A stretch of 43,489 nucleotides of DNA from a virus (Duplodnaviria > Heunggongvirae > Uroviricota > Caudoviricetes): IMG/VR virus record IMGVR_UViG_2529292723_000011. One strand, 5' to 3'. Position numbers and translations under genes: made by a program. This document shows positions 34,115-43,489 of this stretch, piece by piece. Below the pieces are notes generated by a model, which did not search any database, was not told the origin of the DNA, and worked only from the letters and a program-made list of their open reading frames with translations. Within the stretch, counting starts at the first letter, position 1. Each line of letters begins with the position of its first letter.

Positions 34115-34683
34115 AAACGGGGGCTGAAGCCATCCGCGCACTGGCCACACAGCTCCCGGCGTTTCGTCAGAAACTGAGCGACGGCTGGTATCAGGTACGG
34201 ATTGCCGGGCGGGACGTCAGCACGTCCGGGTTAACGGCGCAGTTACATGAGACTCTGCCTGATGGCGCTGTGATTCATATTGTTCCCAGAGTCGCCGGGG
34301 CCAAGTCAGGTGGCGTATTCCAGATTGTCCTGGGGGCTGCCGCCATTGCCGGATCATTCTTTACCGCCGGAGCCACCCTTGCAGCATGGGGGGCAGCCAT
34401 TGGGGCCGGTGGTATGACCGGCATCCTGTTTTCTCTCGGTGCCAGTATGGTGCTCGGTGGTGTGGCGCAGATGCTGGCACCGAAAGCCAGAACTCCCCGT
34501 ACACAGACAACGGATAACGGCAAACAGAACACCTATTTCTCCTCCCTGGATAACATGGTTGCCCAGGGTAATGTTCTGCCGGTTCTGTACGGTGAAATGC
34601 GCGTGGGGTCACGCGTGGTTTCTCAGGAGATCAGCACGGCAGACGAAGGGGATGGTGGTCAGGTTGTGGTGATTGGTCGCTGA
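34012..34683 (+). CDS. I: Tail assembly protein I
   Basis: MAATHTLPLASPGMARICLYGDLQRFGRRIDLRVKTGAEAIRALATQLPAFRQKLSDGWYQVRIAGRDVSTSGL... matches lambda gpI. Confidence 0.9.
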   Translation: MAATHTLPLASPGMARICLYGDLQRFGRRIDLRVKTGAEAIRALATQLPAFRQKLSDGWYQVRIAGRDVSTSGLTAQLHETLPDGAVIHIVPRVAGAKSGGVFQIVLGAAAIAGSFFTAGATLAAWGAAIGAGGMTGILFSLGASMVLGGVAQMLAPKARTPRTQTTDNGKQNTYFSSLDNMVAQGNVLPVLYGEMRVGSRVVSQEISTADEGDGGQVVVIGR

Positions 34684-34743
34684 TGCAAAATGTTTTATGT
34701 GAAACCGCCTCCGGGCGGTTTTGTCGTTTATGGAGCGTGAGGA

Positions 34744-38130
<3,387 letters not shown>

Positions 38131-38196
38131 ATTTTATAACCCAGAACGGGCGTCAGAAATGACGCCTTTTTTATTGCAGAAAAGCGAGAGGTAATT

Positions 38197-38796
38197 ATGC
38201 GTAAACTTTATGCCGCCATTTTGTCCGCAGCCATTTGTCTGGCCGTATCCGGTGCGCCTGCATGGGCGTCTGAACATCAGTCCACGCTGAGCGCGGGGTA
38301 TCTTCATGCCCGGACGAACGTTCCCGGCAGTGATGATCTGAACGGGATTAACGTGAAATACCGTTATGAGTTTACGGACACACTGGGGATGGTGACGTCG
38401 TTCAGCTATGCAGGAGACAAGAATCGCCAGCTGACCCGTTACAGCGATACCCGCTGGTATGAAGATTCCGTGCGTAACCGCTGGTTCAGCGTGATGGCGG
38501 GGCCGTCTGTACGCGTGAATGAATGGTTCAGCGCGTATGCGATGGCGGGTGTGGCTTACAGCCGTGTGTCGACTTTCTCCGGGGATTATCTCCGCGTAAC
38601 TGACAACAAGGGGAAAAAGCACGATGTGCTGACCGGAAGTGATGACGGTCGCCACAGCAACACGTCTCTGGCGTGGGGGGCTGGCGTGCAGTTTAACCCG
38701 ACCGAATCCGTGGCCATTGATGTCGCTTATGAAGGCTCCGGCAGTGGTGACTGGCGCACTGACGGGTTCATCGTGGGTGTTGGTTATAAATTCTGA
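38197..38796 (+). CDS. lom: Lom outer-membrane protein (Ail/Lom family)
   Basis: MRKLYAAILSAAICLAVSGAPAWASEHQSTLSAGYLHARTNVPGSDDLNGINVKYRYEF... matches lambda Lom; signal peptide and C-terminal F. Confidence 0.9.
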   Translation: MRKLYAAILSAAICLAVSGAPAWASEHQSTLSAGYLHARTNVPGSDDLNGINVKYRYEFTDTLGMVTSFSYAGDKNRQLTRYSDTRWYEDSVRNRWFSVMAGPSVRVNEWFSAYAMAGVAYSRVSTFSGDYLRVTDNKGKKHDVLTGSDDGRHSNTSLAWGAGVQFNPTESVAIDVAYEGSGSGDWRTDGFIVGVGYKF

Positions 38797-38860
38797 TTAG
38801 CCAGGTAACACAGTGTTATGACAGCCCGCCGGTTCAGGCGGGCTTTTTTGTGGGGTGAAT

Positions 38861-41818
38861 ATGGCAGTAAAGATTTCAGGTGTACTGAAAGACGGCACAG
38901 GAAAACCGGTACAGAACTGCACAATCCAGCTGAAAGCAAAACGTAACAGTACCACGGTGGTGGTGAACACGCTGGCCTCAGAAAATCCGGATGAAGCCGG
39001 GCGTTACAGCATGGACGTTGAGTACGGTCAGTACAGCGTTATTCTGTTGGTGGAAGGATTCCCGCCGTCACATGCCGGGACCATCACCGTGTATGAAGAT
39101 TCCCGACCCGGTACGCTGAATGATTTTCTCGGTGCCATGACGGAGGATGATGCCCGTCCGAGGCACTGCGCCGTTTTGACTGATGGTGGAAGAGGTGGCG
39201 CGTAACCGTCCGCGTGGCACAGAACACGGCAGCCGCGAAGAAGTCAGCCAGGATGCCGCACATCAGCCCGTGAGGCGGCAACCCTGCGACTGATGCTGCA
39301 GGCTCAGCACGGCGCCAGCACGTCAGCCGGACAGGCCGCGTCGTCGGCTCAGTCAGCGTCTTCCAGCGCAGGAACGGCATCACAAAGGCCAGTGAAGCAG
39401 CGAAAAGTGCTGCCGCTGCAGAGTCCTCAAAAAGGCGGCGGCCACCAGTGCCGGTGCGGCGAAAACGTCAGAAACGAATGCGCAGCGTCACAACAATCAG
39501 CAGCCACTTCTGCATCCACCGCGACCACGAAAGCGTCAGAAGCTGCCACCTCAGCCCGGGATGCGGCGGCCTCAAAAGAGGCAGCGAAATCATCAGAAAC
39601 GAACGCATCCTCGAGCGCCAGTAGCGCAGCTTCCTCGGCAACGGCGGCAGGAAATTCCGCGAAGGCGGCAAAAACGTCCGAGACGAACGCCAGGTCTTCT
39701 GAGACGGCAGCGGGACAGAGCGCCTCAGCTGCGGCAGGCTCAAAAACAGCGGCTGCGTCGTCTGCCAGTGCCGCGTCAACAAGTGCCGGGCAGGCCTCAG
39801 CCAGTGCCACCGCCGCCGGAAAATCGGCAGAAAGTGCCGCATCGTCTGCTTCAACAGCCACAACGAAGGCTGGCGAAGCCACTGAACAGGCCAGCGCAGC
39901 AGCGAGGTCTGCTTCTGCAGCAAAAACCTCTGAAACAAATGCAAAGACTTCAGCAGACAATGCTGCTTCCTCTAAGGCGGCAGCCGCATCGTCCGCTGGT
40001 TCAGCGGCGTCATCGGCATCATCTGCGTCTGCTTCAAAAGATGAGGCGACCAGACAAGCGTCAGCAGCGAAAGGTAGTGCCACGACAGCAACAACGAAAG
40101 CATCAGAGGCGGCAGGCAGTGCGACGGCTGCATCTCAGAGCAAAGTTGCTGCTGAATCCGCGGCAACGCGTGCCGAAACAGCGGCAAAACGGGCAGAGGA
40201 TATTGCTGATGCCGTATCTCTGGAAGATGCGAGCACGACGAAAAAAGGTGTGGTTCAGCTCAGCAGTGCGACCAACAGCACTTCCGAGTCACTGGCGGCA
40301 ACACCAAAGGCAGTAAAGGCAGCATATGACCTTGCTAACGCAAAATATACCGCTCAGGACGCAACGACGGCACGAAAAGGGATAGTTCAGCTCAGTAGCG
40401 CCACTAACAGCACATCTGAAACGCTGGCTGCGACGCCAAAAGCTGTTAAGGCGGTAATGGATGAAACGAACAAGAAAGCGCCCTTAAATAGTCCTGCACT
40501 GACCGGAACGCCAACAACGCCAACTGCGCCAAAAGGGACTAATAATACTCAGATCGCAAGCACGGCTTATGTGATGGCCGCGATTGCCGCACTTGTAGAC
40601 TCGTCGCCTGACGCACTGAATACGTTGAACGAGTTAGCGGCGGCGCTGGGAAACGACCCGAATTTTGCGACCACCATGACTAAAGCGCTTGCGGGTAAGC
40701 AACCGAAAGATGCCACCCTGACGGCGCTGGCCGGGCTTGCTACTGCGGCAGACAAGTTTCCGTATTTTACGGGGAATGATGTCGCCAGCCTGGCAACTCT
40801 GACAAAAGTCGGGCGGGATATTCTTGCGAAATCGACCGTTGCCGCTGTTATCGAATACCTCGGTTTACAGGAAACGGTAAATCAGGCTTCTGGCGCATTA
40901 CAGAAAAAACAGAACGGCGCAGATATTCCAGGAAAAGATACCTTCACCAAAAATATTGGTGCCTGCCGCGCATATAGCGCATGGCTGAATATTGGTGGCG
41001 ATAGTCAGACCTGGACAACCGCACAATTCATTTCGTGGCTGGAGAGTCAGGGGGCATTTAACCATCCTTACTGGATGTGCAAAGGCTCATGGGCTTATGC
41101 AAACAATAAGGTCATTACAGATACAGGTTGCGGAAATATTTGTCTTGCAGGTGCTGTGGTGGAAGTTATTGGCACTCGCGGCGCAATGACCATACGCGTT
41201 ACTACGCCGAGTACATCCAGCGGTGGCGGAATTACTAACGCTCAATTCACCTATATTAATCATGGTGATGCTTATGCTCCTGGCTGGCGACGAGACTACA
41301 ACACGAAAAACCAGCAGCCTGCATTTGCTTTAGGGCAAACAGGAAGCAGGGTTGCAAATGATAAAGCTGTTGGCTGGAACTGGAATAGCGGCGTTTATGA
41401 TGCAGATATCAGTGGCGCATCGACATTAATCCTCCACTTTAATATGAATGCGGGGAGTTGCCCTGCTGTACAGTTCCGCGTGAATTATAAAAACGGCGGT
41501 ATCTTTTATCGTTCAGCGCGTGATGGTTATGGCTTTGAAGCTAACTGGTCAGAGTTTTACACCACAACCCGCAAACCCTCTGCGGGGGATGTTGGTGCAT
41601 ATACGCAGGCAGAATGTAACTCAAGGTTTATTACAGGTATTCGCCTGGGCGGTCTGTCATCTGTTCAGACATGGAATGGTCCCGGCTGGTCTGACAGGTC
41701 AGGTTATGTCGTTACGGGTTCAGTTAACGGAAACCGTGATGAATTAATTGATACAACTCAGGCAAGGCCAATTCAGTATTGCATTAATGGAAGGTGGTAT
41801 AACGCGGGGAGTATTTAA
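38861..41818 (+). pseudogene. stf: Side tail fibre Stf, frame-disrupted between about 39180 and 39300 (N-part 38861-39205, remainder 39293-41818); its C-terminal variable part lies inside an invertible segment
   Basis: N-part MAVKISGVLKDGTGKPVQNCTIQLKAKRNSTTVVVNTLASENPDEAGRYSMDVEYGQYSVIL... matches lambda Stf; the second ORF carries the Ala/Ser-rich shaft and ...DPNFATTMTKALAGKQPKDATLTALAGL... conserved fibre region. Confidence 0.8.
40848..40873 (+). repeat. Gin/Cin/Pin-type inversion crossover site (gix-like) inside stf at the constant/variable boundary
   Basis: Reverse complement TTCCTGTAAACCGAGGTATTCGATAA closely resembles Mu gixL (TTCCTGTAAACCGAGGTTTTGGATAA, recalled from memory); it encodes ...IEYLGLQE... 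where such sites sit in Mu S and e14/Rac fibres. Confidence 0.7.
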
Positions 41819-41820
41819 TT

Positions 41821-42354
41821 ATGATGCACTTAAAAAACATTACTGCTGGCAACCCTAAAACAAAAGAGCAATACCAGCTAACGAAACAATTTAACATCAA
41901 ATGGCTTTATTCAGATGATGGAAAAAACTGGTATGAGGAACAAAAGAACTTTCAGCCTGATACGTTGAAAATGGTCTATGACCGTAACGGCGTTATTATT
42001 TGTATTGAAAAGGATGTTTCAGTAATTAATCCAGAAGGCGCAAGCGTCGTTGAATTACCTGATATTACAGCAAATCGCCGGGCTGATATTTCGGGTAAAT
42101 GGATGTTCAAAGATGGCGTAGTGATAAAGCGAACTTATACCGGGGAAGAGCAGAGGCAGCAGGCAGAGAATGAAAAGCAAAGCCTGTTGCAACTTGTCAG
42201 GGATAAAACCCAGTTATGGGACTCACAGCTACGGCTGGGCATCATTTCCGACGAGAGTAAACAAAAATTAACAGAGTGGATACTCTTTGCGCAGAAAGTC
42301 GAATCTACAGACACTTCCAGCCTGCCAGTAACATTTCCCGAACAACCTGAATGA
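41821..42354 (+). CDS. tfa: Tail fibre assembly chaperone Tfa (orientation A)
   Basis: [40 protein letters not shown]... Tfa family; directly follows stf. Confidence 0.85.
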   Translation: MMHLKNITAGNPKTKEQYQLTKQFNIKWLYSDDGKNWYEEQKNFQPDTLKMVYDRNGVIICIEKDVSVINPEGASVVELPDITANRRADISGKWMFKDGVVIKRTYTGEEQRQQAENEKQSLLQLVRDKTQLWDSQLRLGIISDESKQKLTEWILFAQKVESTDTSSLPVTFPEQPE

Positions 42355-42382
42355 GACAAGGCCCGATAGCGGGCCTTAATTT

Positions 42383-42910
42383 TTATTCAGGCTTTTGTGG
42401 CCATTCAGGATTTGCCGTATCCACACGGCTGACCAGAACACTGTAGCGTTCCCATGCTTCCAGTCGTGTGCGCTCCTCGTCTGTTGCCATATTCAGCCTG
42501 GCAGCGCGTTCCAGTGGCTGGATGACTGATTCAGTTTCGGAAAGCAATGCGGCCTTTTGTGATTCGGCCTGTTGTTGCTGTTCGTCTGCTGTATAAATCC
42601 GCTTAACCACAGTTCCGTCCTTAAACATCCACTTCCCTGAATCATCGGCACGACGATTGACTGTTATATCTGGAATCTCAACGACACTAAAGCCTTCGGG
42701 ATTAAGCGTTGAGGCATCTTTGGTTATGGCAACAATAATATTATTTTCGTCGTAAACAATCTTTATGGTGTCTTCCTGAAAGCTATTTACTTCCTCATAC
42801 CAGTTTTTACCGTCTTCTGTATATAACCAGATAACATCAAAATTCTTTGTTAGCTGATATTGCTCTTTTGTTTTTGGATTTCCTGACTTAATATTTTTTA
42901 AATGCTGCAT
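42383..42910 (-). CDS. tfa: Alternative tail fibre assembly chaperone Tfa' (inverted orientation)
   Basis: [40 protein letters not shown]... is a paralogue of the plus-strand tfa, arranged tail-to-tail with it. Confidence 0.85.
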   Translation of the reverse strand: MQHLKNIKSGNPKTKEQYQLTKNFDVIWLYTEDGKNWYEEVNSFQEDTIKIVYDENNIIVAITKDASTLNPEGFSVVEIPDITVNRRADDSGKWMFKDGTVVKRIYTADEQQQQAESQKAALLSETESVIQPLERAARLNMATDEERTRLEAWERYSVLVSRVDTANPEWPQKPE

Positions 42911-42913
42911 AAT

Positions 42914-43489
42914 TTACACCTGTGCTACGTTATACCATGTGCCATTGATGTATTTTTGTATTGGTCTGAAGATGGCTTCATCATCGCCATCTACTTCACC
43001 AATGATTCTTAATCCGGTAATTGCGTGTCCGGCTTTTTCATAACGACCACCACGCGCCATCAATTGAACAACTCGCGTACCCAGGCGAACATCTTTTACA
43101 TAGCGTGAATCAAAATTCCCCCAGTTGCTGGGCTGTATCTGACCGTTAACAGAAAATATTACCGAGTTATCTGTATTTCGCTGGCTATAGAAATGCCATC
43201 CTGCCTCATCGCCTAACTCTGCAACTACTGGACGGGTTGAAGCACCCCATAAATTAAACGTTACATTCTTTGTGGAGGTGTTGGAGCTGGATAGCGAGAT
43301 TTTTTTACTATCACCTGCCTGAATGTTTTTAAAAGCAATAGCAACTCCATTCTGAAAGCGGAATACTCGCTGACTATTAGCGTAAACATCAAGAATACCG
43401 TCTCCATTCTGTTTAAATCCGGTATCATTATCACCAAGAACAATAGAGCTACCACCTAACGCATTCGTCGTACCAACTCCAAGGCTGCC
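42914..43489 (-). CDS. Alternative tail-fibre C-terminal variable segment (5' partial, runs off window end); missed by the ORF track because it has no start in the window
   Basis: Hand translation of the minus strand from 43489: GSLGVGTTNALGGSSIVLGDNDTGFKQNGDGILDVYANSQRVFRFQNG...RPIQKYINGTWYNVAQV, stop at 42914-42916. Its C-terminus parallels the plus-strand stf end ...IQYCINGRWYNAGSI. Confidence 0.8.
   Translation of the reverse strand, partial: GSLGVGTTNALGGSSIVLGDNDTGFKQNGDGILDVYANSQRVFRFQNGVAIAFKNIQAGDSKKISLSSSNTSTKNVTFNLWGASTRPVVAELGDEAGWHFYSQRNTDNSVIFSVNGQIQPSNWGNFDSRYVKDVRLGTRVVQLMARGGRYEKAGHAITGLRIIGEVDGDDEAIFRPIQKYINGTWYNVAQV

Noticed and set aside
39427-40316. Alternative-frame ORFs in the stf shaft (39427-40083 minus, 39561-40316 plus) with Ala- or Arg/Gln-rich translations
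   Set aside because: These are frame artefacts of the repetitive Ala/Ser-rich stf coding sequence; the stf frame carries the lambda-matching protein.

Overview
The window is almost entirely a mosaic lambdoid prophage, read left to right in prophage map order. It opens with the 3' end of an IS21-family element (istB C-terminus) inserted into a Rac-like integrase, which is left as a 139-aa N-terminal fragment. Next comes a leftward early operon (xis-like, TraR/DksA-like zinc finger, Dam-like methyltransferase, lambda Red exo/bet/gam), then an immunity region (cI-like repressor, Cro-like, CII-like) and lambda-type O/P replication genes with ori iterons inside O. A DLP12-like nin/Q block follows (ybcN, ninE, ybcO, rusA, ylcG, quuD), then an intact nmpC-type porin, a phage-21-type lysis cassette (pinholin, SAR endolysin, Rz/Rz1, bor), a lambda cos site, and a near-lambda head and tail gene set (Nu1 through J, lom, stf, tfa) ending in an invertible tail-fibre segment that runs off the window. 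Two AT-rich cargo loci stand out. The first is a minus-strand operon between P and the nin region encoding a 595-aa ABC/AAA-type ATPase and a 322-aa HNH-motif protein, with a possible small ORF between them; this looks like a Septu-like two-gene anti-phage module. The second is a 287-aa protein of unknown function directly downstream of cI, in the position RexAB occupies in lambda. Several structural genes (C/Nu3, FII, K, J, stf) are frame-disrupted as sequenced, which is either real prophage decay or clustered indel errors. All calls rest on reading the supplied ORF translations and the DNA and on recall of lambda, DLP12, Rac and phage 21 proteins; no database search was run.
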